Program-made: the position numbers and the translations under genes
In this document: in pieces, positions 49,769 to 61,666 of the stretch
How positions within the stretch are numbered: the stretch's first letter is position 1
Layout: the number at the start of each line of letters is the position of its first letter
The notes under the pieces: model-generated
Told to the model about the DNA's origin: nothing
Seen by the model: the letters and a program-made list of their open reading frames with translations, nothing else
Databases searched by the model: none
Origin: Lytechinus pictus
Taxonomy: Eukaryota
DNA length: 64,000 nucleotides
Direction of reading: 5' to 3'
NCBI RefSeq assembly: GCF_037042905.1
Contig: NC_087250.1
Span: 5,458,001-5,522,000 of the forward strand

Positions 49769-51455
49769 GTGGCCATCAAATCAAACTCGGCCCTTGCCCT
49801 TCTTTGGGATTCTCGTATCTCTTTTAGTCTTAGAGTACTTTCAGATTCATGACATTAGATTCCGAAAGTAAGCCGTATTGGGCAATCCTTTGCTTCGTCA
49901 TTCACGTTCGATAATCCAAGTGTCTGAATCCTTATTCACGTACGATACAATCATGGAGCTATAGCTCCATATAATATGCTTGTCCAGTGTGTGTTATCGC
50001 TAATAGTGGATTATGTCTAAAGTAAACGTGCATGCAGAGCGCAAGCATATCGCTAGCTAGTCCACCTCCTGGACTGTTGGTATTTTGTACGATACGACTA
50101 CCAAACACAACACACTACATCCCCATAACACGCATACACACACCCCCTGAATAGTCACACGAAACAACATTTTTTTTCGGGGAAAGTGAATCAGTGGGTT
50201 AGGTGAATCACTGGGGGTAAGTGAATCAGTGGAGGGCGTGTGTGTGTTGGTTATGTGTGCGCGTGGGGGTACCGGTACGGTAGTATGGTTTGCCCCTGGT
50301 TTGCCCAATCAATAAAAATCGTCCAGGACGTGGACTAATCGCTAGCCGGCTAGCATGGGCTCATTGAGCTTGCACGCAACGTTCGGTGTTTGCTTCTACT
50401 CAGCTACTTCTGCACACAGCGCTGCACTTTGTTGATACGGGGATTTCTTGATACGGCGCATGCGCCATGACGTATTTCATCAATATGCATGAGGTTGTAA
50501 TGAATATGCATGATTCGAACGGTGTTCTAATATCAATTTATTTGTTAACTCGAGAGGGCGGAAACAAAATATATCGGTTAAACGATATATTATAATATAT
50601 ATTTCACCCCTCAATATCATGAAAACAGAAGAGTTATACCAATTTATTTTGAGTGATAAAGTAGAGCATTGATATAGATATTTAATGAAAATAATATCTT
50701 TACAATTGATTCACTGACCTTGTCTGAGATCAACCAATCATACACTATACCTCACCTTAATGTACAGTATGTAGTGTGCATCGTAATAGAAATGTATCTG
50801 ATTCAGAAGGATGTAAAGGCAAAAAAAGTGTTTCTGTTACATCATAAAGAATTCATTTAATTGAGTCTTTTGAAAACAGTTATAAGATACACTAGCACTG
50901 CAGGTAATAAAGATGAAGTTCTGACACATCAATACACAACTGAAAGGAACATGTCCAAGCTACCTCCACCTTATCTGTATTTTGAATTTATGGCCTGTAT
51001 TCCAAAATCAGGTTTATTTTCCAACACGTTCTAACTCTTTTCTAAATTTATGAAGAGCCAAAATTATGTTTATTGTATATCTCTTATGTTTACAACTCTG
51101 TTCCGTTTGCTTTCATAATGAAGGAAAAAACCTCAATTATCATTCTCAGACAACTATGAACCGTTTGGGGGTCAATATTAATGAAATTGGCTCTCCGCGT
51201 CAGTAAAAGTAATTGGGGGTAATTCTGTCGCCAGTCAAAAAGTGATCATAATTAGAAAACCATAACTTAGTTCAGATGACTGAAGATCTGACATGATATC
51301 TGATGATCGTTTACCAAAACAAAAGAAATCACGATCAAAATCAAAATGTCGAAAGAACTAACCAATCAGCGTAATGGACACAGCACACGATACTATCACA
51401 GATCATGATCATTATCAGTCTAAAGACAGTCTATCCAACTTTGCATAATTTGACA

Positions 51456-52950
51456 CACTGGCGTAAATCCGTGTTGATGGGTGGGGGGGATGACTGAAAT
51501 ATTTTGGCATTTTTTTTGCAATCATGTTTTTAGATATGCAAGGAATTGTCATTGATATGTCCACAGTGGCGTACCGTGGGTCACGGCATGGGGGGGGGGC
51601 ACCAGCAAAAATTTTTAATCACTGAGTGAGCGCGCTCAGTTGCCAGTTATTCTGACCTAATAGAGACATTTTAAGGACAATGTCATTAAACAGGTATGTA
51701 TCTCACTGATCAAATAATGCGAGCGCGAAGCGCGAGCTGAAATTTGTTTATATTCACACCTAAAAACACATGAAACACTTTTTGTAGTCATTACAATAAT
51801 GATTATCATGACGCATCTCACTAATCAAATATTGCGAGCGCGAAGCGCGAGCTGAAAATTTAGATAATTCAGACCTGAAGTGGGGCATTCTTAGGTTTCT
51901 TTGTAGGAATTAACTAGGACCCTACGTATTTCATTAACCAAATGATGCGAGCGCGAAGCGCAAGCTGAAAATTTTTGATAATCAGATCAGAAGAAGGGAC
52001 ATTTTAAGGACTGATTTTAGGAATTCGTGTTGAGCAGACATATCTCACCAATCCACTAATGCGAACGTAATCACGGACAGTAAATGTTTCATATATATAG
52101 GAAGACCTTAACATGGGGCAATCACTTATTGATTCATGAAAAAGAAGCATATGTCACTACATAAAACAATGATAACTCAAGTGCTAGGAAATATATTTGG
52201 TTTATATTGACTTGAAAACGGGATGTTTTAGTACAACAGGATTATATATCTCGTTAAACAGACAATGCGAGCACCAGGAACAATGAAGACGTAGGCCCTG
52301 GGCAAATTATGTTTCATAAAGTTATGATCAAAATGTTTCTTATGTAATGTAACATAACATAGTTATAATATATTATAACATTATAATGAATAATATTACT
52401 TCTTTCCCACTACGTTTCTCTTCCTTTCTCCCCCTTTTTCTCCTTTTCCCCGGTTTTTTTTTGTCAGCCGATTGGGGGGGGGGGGGGGGGGCACGTGCCC
52501 CCCATGCCCCCCCCCCCGTAGTTACGCCACTGTATGTCCATATGGCAAATACCCCTCCAATATTATTATCTTTTTTACCCCATGATGGTTTAATGGTTTT
52601 ATTAGAGATTACATTCAAACATTTGTGACATTCCATCTTAATTCCTTTCCAAAGACCCCAACATTGATGAATTGGAAGAAACGGGGATTTCTCTTCAATG
52701 TTATAATAAGGACATAAGTATTTCGTTTGGAAATGGTGAACTGGCTCTTTATTTGCATTTTATGATTCAATAATATTGTTTTATTTGGGTTAAGCGGTAT
52801 TTCAGGAAGAATTTTCACCAATAAAACAATCATCTCTTGTGATTTTTTTCTTCATTTCTTTCGTAAAAAGTGGGGGGGATGTTTGTACAGGCCATCCCCC
52901 CCTCCTCGAAAAGTGGGGGGGATATATCCCCCCCGGGATTTACGCCAGTG
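51456..52950. mobile_element. hAT-type MITE (outer)
   Basis: TIR CACTGGCGTAAATCC; 8-bp TSD ATTTGACA at 51448-51455 and 52951-52958. Confidence 0.9.
51564..52532. mobile_element. hAT-type MITE (inner)
   Basis: TIR CAGTGGCGTA; 8-bp TSD TATGTCCA at 51556-51563 and 52533-52540. Confidence 0.9.
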
Positions 52951-53130
52951 ATTTGACACAATACACACCAATGGGCCACACAGAGTTGTAAATTCAGAAG
53001 GTACAGTAGCATTTGCTAACATTTACATATGCCCACAGAGTCGGTTAACATAAGCTCTACCTAAGAGTTGACTCACGTGCAAGTACTAAGACTATCATAG
53101 TACGTACGCCAAGGAAATATAAAGTTCAAA

Positions 53131-53383
53131 GTTTCTGTTTGTGGTAACTCCCGTAGGAACTCGGCAGGACAGCATTTTTGCGGGTAAACGCCAGGCTGGT
53201 TTGTAACCAATTGCCTATGAAACATTTTACGTCTAGGTTTATCAGTCATAGTGGCTGACGTTATAGACGACAGATATCACTCTTGGGCCTTTTTATCAAA
53301 GTGGAGACAATGGCAGAGTTGGGATTCGAACTCACAACCTTGCGATTATGAGTCCAATGCTCTAACCACTGGACCACACGACC
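53131..53383 (-). mobile_element. tRNA-derived SINE
   Basis: Head GGTCGTGTGGTCCAGTGGTTAGAGCATTGGACTCATAATCGCAAGGTTGTGAGTTCGAATCCC with A and B boxes, followed by a non-tRNA body. Confidence 0.8.
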
Positions 53384-53399
53384 TGATTAAAAGTGGGAA

Positions 53400-55530
53400 T
53401 CACTAGTGAAACAAACACCAGTAAAACTTGAAGCTTATGGTGAGATTCCAATTAAATGTAAAGGTACACTTGACATAAAATGTTACAGTCTGAAATGGTC
53501 AACACAGACATTATATGTACCAGATGTCAAGGTTTCAGCTATCCTTGGGTTGTTAGGTTGCACTGACTCTGTAATTATCACAATTCACTCAATGTACAAT
53601 TATGACACACCTACACCTAACCCTAAACCTAAACAAACACCTATCACGAGTGATAAGAATCTCGAACAAGCATTTCCAGAGCACTTCGATGCTATTGGTA
53701 GTTTCAAAGGAAAAGCGATGCTTCATGTCAAGGACATCGCTAAACCTACCATAGACGCAACACGCAAGTGCAGCATACTAATTGAAGGACAAGATCAAGA
53801 TCAACGTGGAACACAACAAGAATATGTACTTGTTCATGGAGACGGCAAAGCAAGAAGACTCGGTGTTCAACAGCTCCAAGTGCACAATCAAGAAAGAAGC
53901 TATCAACTTCTTTGGCTACAAGTGCACTAGATCAGATATCTACCCAGATCCTAGCAAGGTAGAAGCCAACACATTACCCAAGTACTATTACCCAAGGACA
54001 AAGAGGATGTTCAGAAATGCCTAGTATTGTTCAAATACCTAGCAGCATATGTTTCTAATTTGTGGGAAAAGTCAGCACCACTTCGATAACTTCTCCACAA
54101 GGAAGTACCGTTTATCTGGGACGATGATCATGAACATTCCTTGAACAGCCTGAAATGTGCAGTATCATCAGGTGCATGTCTACAGCTCTATGACCCAGAG
54201 AGAGAGAGAACTGTCGAGATAGATACATCAATGAAAGATCTAGGAGCATGCCTGCTTCAGGAAGGTAACCTGTTGCGTTTGCATCCGAAGTCTTTCCACT
54301 GCACATTCCAACTACTCAAACATAGAGGAAAATCTTAGTCCTAATGTTTGGTATCAAACGCTGCTATAATATCTGTTCGCGAAAGAATTCACAGTCATAA
54401 TCAATCACAGACCACTGGAAATTATATGAAAAAAAAACTCTTCCAAGTGCAACGCCGCATCTACAGCGATCGCTTATAATCAAAGTCCAAGGAAACAGGT
54501 GTCAAATCAATTACCGACCTGGAAACGACATGATTCTTTCCGATTCGTTGAGTCGACTTCCTAATCCCAAGGAAGCATGCGATGTACCGTTAGGTGTCAG
54601 AGTTAAATCCATCTGCTCTGAGGAAAAAATATTCGCATATGCGATCAACTTATTACTCTTCGAAAAACACAAGTTCTGAAAAAAAAAAAAATGGCTAGTG
54701 ATCCAATTCCCAGATCATTATGGCAGATTTAGCCTGAGTTGGCCTGAAACAATCCAAGAGTTATTAAAATCCCTTAGGCAGTATTGGTCGTATAGAGATA
54801 ACATCGGATTATCACATGGAGTACTCTTCACGGGAAGTCAAGTCATCGTACCGAAGTCACTGAGGAATGATATCCTTGGACAGCTTCACCTAGGACACAT
54901 GGGAATCGAAAGGACCAGACGACTTGCTCGTGAGACAGAGTTCTTGTCAAACATCAACGAGGACATCGACCAGTTGATAAAGCAGAGTGAAACATGCCAG
55001 AAACATCAAGCAAGGCAGCAGAAGAGAAGAAGTGGAATATCAAGCACATTACTTCTTCTCCACACTATCCAAGATCAAACGGATTAGCCCAGAGGATGGT
55101 TCGTACAGTCAAGAATCATTTGACAAAATGTTCTCAGACTGGCCAAGACAGTCAACTAGCAATGATGAACCTGAGAGCAACACCAGTCGAAAGTAACTTG
55201 AGATCACCAGCAGAAATGTTATTTGGTAGACCCATCAGAACCACATTATCAAGTTACTATTTCTCGAGAGATTCTACTACCACTGATTTTCTCTTGAATA
55301 GGCAAGACAAGGTGAAGGAAGTGCATTATCGACATGCAAGTTCTAATCTACCACCTCTGCATGTAGGACAGCCAGTGAGAGTTATACATCCAAGATGACA
55401 CACACTTGGATACCAGCTAAAGCATCCAAAGTCTGTGAGGAACCCAGGTCTTACGAAGTATCAAAGCCGAGCGGAGGAATCTTGAGAAGGAACAGATCAC
55501 ACGTGAGGGAAATTCCATCCACCATCCCCA
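53400..55530 (+). pseudogene. Degenerate Gypsy (Mag/SURL-like) pol: protease, RT, RNase H and integrase remnants
   Basis: FNSSKC...INFFG...PDPSKVEA; DTSMKDLGACLLQEG; LHLGHMGIERTRRLARE...CQ; HITSSPHYPRSNGLAQRMV; SPAEMLFGRPIRT; PRSY...LRRNR; many frameshifts; RT core deleted; no LTRs seen. Confidence 0.9.
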
Positions 55531-57980
55531 CTCCAAACTTAGGGCTCGAAATTAGCGGTTGCCGGGGTGACGTTGGCAACCAAAACTGCCATCATGGTTG
55601 CCCGGATGGCAACTAAGAAAATTCCGTGGTTTTTTTCTCAAAGAGAATAAAAATCTCTTGAATTTTGCAGCAAGCAAAATTGCTTTTCCAGTCCAAAGTT
55701 TACAACTTTTGGATCAGGAATATATCTTCCAAGATCACATTGGCACAAAGTTTTAGTTAAAAAAGATCGCCAAATCTAGCACATGAGCCTGCCAATGACT
55801 TCTAAGATTGACTGCCTGTCTGTCAAAGTCCTCCCTAAGAACCATAAAGCTTACATTTTGACATATTATAAGTTAATTGTTGCAAGTTGCAAAATGCAAT
55901 TTACAGGAGGCCTTTTCCGTGGTACTGATTCGTCACCACATTTTCTACTTTTGAAAATATTAAATAGATTAATAACACAACCATACATATCTCAATGTTC
56001 CAAAAAGACCTTCCCCTTCTTTACATTGGTCAACAGAGGTTTTTGTCATTTTTGACACTTTAATGTATCAGAATTGTTTAATTCAAATCGTAAAGAATAA
56101 AGATAACCCACTCAATTAATTTCTCATAATCAAAATACCCTCAAAACATTTGTAATTTGTTTTCCTATGACGTCGAATTGAAAAGTTCTGTTAAGAGTTT
56201 TTTGTCAGAATCCAAGATGGCCGTCAAGGTGGCGGCCAAGGGACAATATTCAAGTTTTCAGTTGATCAAAATAAATTCATTCAGTATACGACTCCAGGAT
56301 TGAAAAGGTGTAGGTTAGAAAAACTAATCAATATGTTGAAAAGGGTGGTCAAGATAATGACAATATAGTACATTTAAGTCTGTAAAATGCAGTAAAAAAA
56401 ACAACTCAATTTCTTAATTGTATATTATTATATAGGAAAATTTTCTAGAAAGTTTCAAAACAATTCCTTTATTTTCCTTAGATATATGGTAAATCAAGTA
56501 TTTTGCACATTTTCATTTCTGGGGGAAACAATTTCAAAATGCACTTTTCTTATTAAGATCTCAGCCGAATTACCTTTTCATCACTTATGAATAATATCAA
56601 CTTGTAGAAAATTTATTCATCTTTCATATGACACTAATTTTGTGTTCGAAGATAAACCTGATTTAGGAATACAGGCCATAGATTCAAAATACAGATAAAG
56701 TGGGGGTAGCTTCGACATATTCCTTTGAGTTGTGTATTGATGTGTAAGAACTTCATCTCTATTACCTGCAGTGCAAGTGTATCTTATAACTGTTTCCAAG
56801 AGACTTCATTAAATAAATGTATATATAATGTAACAGAAACACCTTTTTTGCCTTTACATCCTTCTGAATCACATTTCTATTACCATTCACATTACATACT
56901 GTACATTAAGGTGTGTTAGTCATACCAACTCAATCGATGCGAGAGGCTGATCCAAGCTATTGTATTATTTGAATGACATACCATTCATCACTTTGCAATC
57001 GTTTTCATGGGTGTGACTGCCACACTGAGGTTGCTTTTTGGCATCACTTTAGCGCAAAATCGCTTAATACATTCAGCATATTTTCCTTTTATCTGAAGCA
57101 AATGAAGATACTTATGGTGGCATGAAGCCTGCCAATATTCTCGTTGATACATCCTCTTTCATATCGAATGTTGAGATTGTGAATTTATTACTAACATTCA
57201 TGATAAATCTGATCAATAACAGTGCATGTGCATTTTTTTTACCAAAAACATACAAATTTTGGCCAAAAGTCTTAATTCTTTCAAAAACTATATCAACCGA
57301 CTTGAAATCGAAGAATAAAGGGATTGTAGTTAATTCTACCAACAAAATAATAGATAATTTCGCATTTAATTAAGGCCTATCTCAATTTTCTGGGTTGAAA
57401 ATGTGATAATATACATTAGTGTATCCAAGTCTCCGATATGCAGTAAGAAAGCTAAATTTCTGAAAATTGAATTTTCAAGTTTGAGACATTATAAGTTTGC
57501 GACTAAAAACGATATCAATTTGGAATTTCGTCCACTTAATAGTTGTATATTAGAAAAGTTTTCTAGAAATGTTTGAGGCGATTCCTTTATTTTCTTTAGC
57601 TTTATGGTAGATCATGTATTTCGCAAATTTTCAATTTTTTGGAAAAAATTCTCAAAATTGCACTTTTCTTATCAAAATCACAGCCGAATTAGCTTTTCAT
57701 CACCCATGAATAGTATCAACTTGTAGAACATTTATTTATCTTTCATATGACACTAATTTTGTGGCAAATGAATGTTTGTGTCGGAATCTATGTACGAAAA
57801 ACCAAATCCCATGAATATGGCGGCCATTTTGGACGCCATCTTGAATTTGAACCCCATGGGACAATATTTCGTTTTGGGAACATCAAAATTCATTCACTAC
57901 ATATCTTACGGATTACAAAAATGTAGGTTAAAAAAATATATCATTCGGGTGCATGGGAACCCTATCTCTCTCCCCTACTA

Positions 57981-58630
57981 AATGCCATTTATGCGAATGT
58001 TGGTATCACAAAAAGTGTTACACTGTATGTAAAGGATCTGGATAACACAAACAAAGATGTAGAAGATGATTCGCCCTTCCTCTGCCTATCTTGCTCAGGG
58101 TTGGGAGCAGGGACTGCATCTAAGCCAAGTGTAGATAAGGAAATGGAAAGCTGACATGCAAGAATTCTGTACTCCCTTGTCACCCTCTTCACATGTTACC
58201 ATCAGCTCAGCTTGCAATGAAAATCTTTCAATGTGTTACCAATAGAGCCTCAACCCAGGGAATCATTGAAGTATGATGTCTGTATTAATACTGAAGAAAA
58301 ACAAACACAGACTGACCTTCATGTAAAAAACGAGGAGTGTGTTTCTTGCAAAAAGAAGATATGTGAAATAAACAAGCTGAACATGCTGAAGGCTGATCCC
58401 AAAACTCTATCAAGCTCCAATGTAGTCTTGCTAGCAGAAAATGAAAAGCTTTGCAGAGAGTTGAATAGGTCTCAAATGACGACCAAAACCACTCAGGAAG
58501 TTCAAAACAATCAGCTCAGAATACTAGAAAGCAAATAAGTAGAACTTAGCCATTCACAATCTATCAATTTGAAATTGGTAGGCGAAATTAGGAATCTCAC
58601 TCTTGAGGCTCAATATCTGCATGCCAACGT
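57981..58630 (+). pseudogene. Multi-PHD-finger ORF, 3' half (rest of PHD2 plus coiled coil)
   Basis: CHLCECWYHKKC...(frameshift)...DDSPFLCLSC; heptad-like ENEKLCRELNRSQ...NQLRILESK. Confidence 0.75.
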
Positions 58631-58639
58631 CTAATACAA

Positions 58640-59171
58640 ATGTATCCAATACTCCGACCCACCCTCTCAAATGCAAAGAGTTGAAGAATCCAACGATGAT
58701 TCCGAAACGAGCCTATCAGAAAGCGATGGACACGATTCGTCAATGACAGCAAACATGGAAGAAACTGAAGACAACATTGCTTATCGAGGATGATTAGAGC
58801 AAGCCATGCCAGCCACCAAGGACTTGAGAGACGAAAAATATCAGAAATACATCTCAGAACGAATAGAAGAAGCATACGCTAAAGCAAAGGCTCACGTGAA
58901 ACTACTGTGGGCAGTCAAACGCATCTTTTTCGATCTTTACTCTCAGTTCTTGCAGAAGAACGTGTACCTCGAAGACGCTGACATCAATCATGAAATCGTG
59001 TCCGATCTCACGGAAAGATTAGAGAATGGCATGGAGTTCCGGAAAGCCGTACAGAGAGTGTTAGCCAGCCATGGTTCACAATTCGATGGTTTATTCCAGT
59101 ATCAAGGTGACGATGACGACAATGATGATGGTGAAGAAGAAACGGAGGGTGAAGATGGAGTCTACAACTAA
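58640..59171 (+). pseudogene. Small helical protein resembling Polinton/adintovirus 'gasderminX'-class ORFs
   Basis: Acidic N-terminus, EDNIAYRG*LEQA...EKYQKYI...HEIVSDLTERLENGMEFRKAVQRVL...FDGLF, acidic tail; recognised from memory only. Confidence 0.45.
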
Positions 59172-59864
59172 AGGCACAAACATCAGCTTGTCAAATAATA
59201 ATAATCCAAGGAAACGCCGTCAACATAAATTACAGTTTGAATTTCATTGTGTTCATATTTTCGGAATGCCATCCAAAGACATGTGTTACAATCCATTAAG
59301 TTAAGCGAAGAAATAGAAAAACGAGAACTTCACTTTAATAATAACAATGAACAGTTAACAATTACTTTGTTATTACAACATAATTTGAGAACATAACTTT
59401 CATTACCTTTGTATCAAAATCTGCTGTTTATACAATATCTGAACCTATCTATATAGAAATGGAATAAAATAAATGATAAGAATAAAAAATCATCCTTGAC
59501 TGTATAGTGTTTCATGTTATCACCATCTGTACTGCGGATGAATTAAGTTGATTTAAAGGAGTCATCTACTGGTTTCAATATAATATACTTTTTGCGAGTC
59601 AGAGAGCCGGGCAGGTCATGTGAGTTAAAATAAAAAGTATGGAAATATGACGAAACAGTATGAAAAAGTCATAAAGTTTTGATGGGGAAAAGTCTGGAAT
59701 GAGTAGAACCTGAGATGTCACTATTATCATGATTATAATCACATGTTGGATTACCAATAATTGTTGTAATAAGATGCAGAGAGAGGGTCGGCTTTCTCCT
59801 TTCCAATAGGATATCCCAAGTTCAATGACGCGCGTTGGCCGTGCATGGGGTGATCGATTCGTGA

Positions 59865-60592
59865 ACCGCGAGGCACTTGACATATCTGCTGGTAGGCAGA
59901 GAAAGATAACTGTTTTAATAGGAAACTGTGAAGAAATCATACGTCTGTTTTGTGCATCGTATCCTATACGTGATGATTGCGCCACGGTGGTGCAATACCG
60001 ATACGGTGCGATAAGGGTAATTCCCTGGGATGACATCACGGTGCTTGCGTCGCTAACACCATTTCATGGTGACGTCATGCGAGGCACTTGACATATCTAC
60101 CGGTGTCCGGTAGGCGGAAAAAGATAACCTTTTAAATAGGAAACTGCATAGATGTCTTTTTGTGCATCGTATCATATGCTAAAAATACCCGTGCAACGTC
60201 GCTGCATCGTGTGATAAGGTCGACCGAAAGTCACCAATACGTGGCAATGACGCAACGGTGGTGCAATATCGATGGTGCAATAAGGGTAATTCCCTGGGAT
60301 GACATCATGGTGGTTGCATAACTGTGTCGTAATACCATTTCATGGTGACGTCATGGCTGACCGGAAGTCTGGGTTATTGCCGTCGGGTCATTTGGTCAAA
60401 GGCTGAACGGGGTAAAGGTCATGTGGTCAAAGGGCGTGGGTGACCGGACTAAAAGTCATGTGGTCAAAGGCTGACCGGCTAAAGGTCATGTGGTCAAAGG
60501 GCGTGGGTGACCGGACTAAAGGTCATGTGGTCAAAGGTCATGACCGGGTCAAAGGTCATGTTGTCAAAGGTCATGACCGGGTCAAAGGTCAA
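59865..60592 (+). repeat. Duplicated ~210-280-bp block followed by GGTCAAAGGTCA tandem array (possible Polinton subterminal region)
   Basis: GCGAGGCACTTGACATATCT and TAAGGGTAATTCCCTGGGATGACATCA each occur twice; array at ~60385-60592. Confidence 0.75.
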
Positions 60593-60644
60593 ATTGGTAT
60601 GAGCTCTATACTATAACTATTAGTGCGAAAACTTATAATCTCAC

Positions 60645-60821
60645 CATTACAATAGGGCATCGGTAGGTTAATGATTCCATCCATGCATATTGCTGTCATA
60701 CTGGTCGATTGTCCATTGGAATACCCTGCGTCACAATTAATAGGCAGTGTCCTGCCGTGATGGAGAACAGGATAGGGAGAGGTGGAATCAGAGTTGGAAA
60801 TCACCGGTCTGTAACAGTCGG
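60645..60821 (-). CDS. Sushi/CCP exon (2nd in window)
   Basis: 177 nt, AG/GTGAG, phase 1-1; ADCYRPVISNSDSTSPYPVLHHGRTLPINCDAGYSNGQSTSMTAICMDGIINLPMPYCN. Confidence 0.9.
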
Positions 60822-61489
60822 CTGTTCAAATAAGATCAAACAAATAGGAGTCGAAGGCAAAATACTTTAGTCAAATTGTGCATGAAATGCTGAATAAACA
60901 GCAAAAGAGTAAAAATAAGCAGGTGTTGTAGGTGGAATAAGGGTCTTCTCTAGTGGACAAAACATTGGATTGATTGTTGAAAGGTTGAAAGATCGAATCT
61001 CAGATCGGCGTATGTCTCACCTTTACCCAACAAACGTAATAGAGTAATTTATGTCGTTTATAACGGCCTACCACTATGACTTATTAAGTTAGACTTATTT
61101 GCAAATTTGGACTTGTATTTATTCAACCGTGAAATTTAACCAAAAAAATTGTATCGTCTTTTAGAAAGTACCTTTTACAAGCCTTCTAACTATTTTTCAT
61201 GATGAGAATGTGGAATTAGTTCCAATAAAATGGAATCAAAGTAATGATATTTGGCTTTTGACTTTTGAAAAGTGACATTTTTGCCTTCTGAGAGTGCTCA
61301 CTGAAGCATGACGTAAAATATGTCCATAACATTTACTCAGAGGATAGCGTATAAAATTACCCACACGCTCATGTAAAATTCATATTCAAAACTCGCATTG
61401 GTTCCGTTATTATAGATGCTTGTTAAAGGGGGACTTACTTTTTTTGCTGTGTATATTTTTCCGTCTATTTATCTGTTCTATTGTCTTAC

Positions 61490-61666
61490 CATAACAAAAA
61501 CGTGGGGTCGGATCCAGAGCTCCGTGTTCGCAGACTGATTTGGTTGGTCCTGGACTTCCAATTGAATATCCATTGTTACACGTAACAAAAACAATTTCAC
61601 CATGTTTGATAGCTGGGTAGGATGATGTTGCATCTGAGTTTTGAATTATTGGTCTGCTGCACTGAG
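61490..61666 (-). CDS. Sushi/CCP exon (1st in window)
   Basis: 177 nt, AG/GTAAG, phase 1-1; AQCSRPIIQNSDATSSYPAIKHGEIVFVTCNNGYSIGSPGPTKSVCEHGALDPTPRFCY. Confidence 0.9.

Larger units (their letters stand above)
38744..50752. mobile_element. 12-kb insertion in the left TIR, Kolobok-like ends, filled with nested repeats
   Basis: AGGTAAATTGTGTCATTGGTT ... AACCAATCATACACTATACCT imperfect TIR; CACCTTAA at 38736-38743 and 50753-50760; empty site seen in the right TIR. Confidence 0.75.
37671..57980. mobile_element. 20.3-kb composite TAG...CTA element (Academ-like) with ~1.3-kb TIRs
   Basis: 37671-38743 is the reverse complement of ~56906-57980; TIR continues 50761-51027 vs ~56641-56905; AAT TSD at 37668-37670 and 57981-57983; host PHD frame rejoins exactly. 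Confidence 0.88.

Noticed and set aside
53311..53383. tRNA-Met gene (CTCATAA loop)
   Set aside because: Acceptor stem pairs poorly, no oligo-T terminator, and it continues into a SINE body
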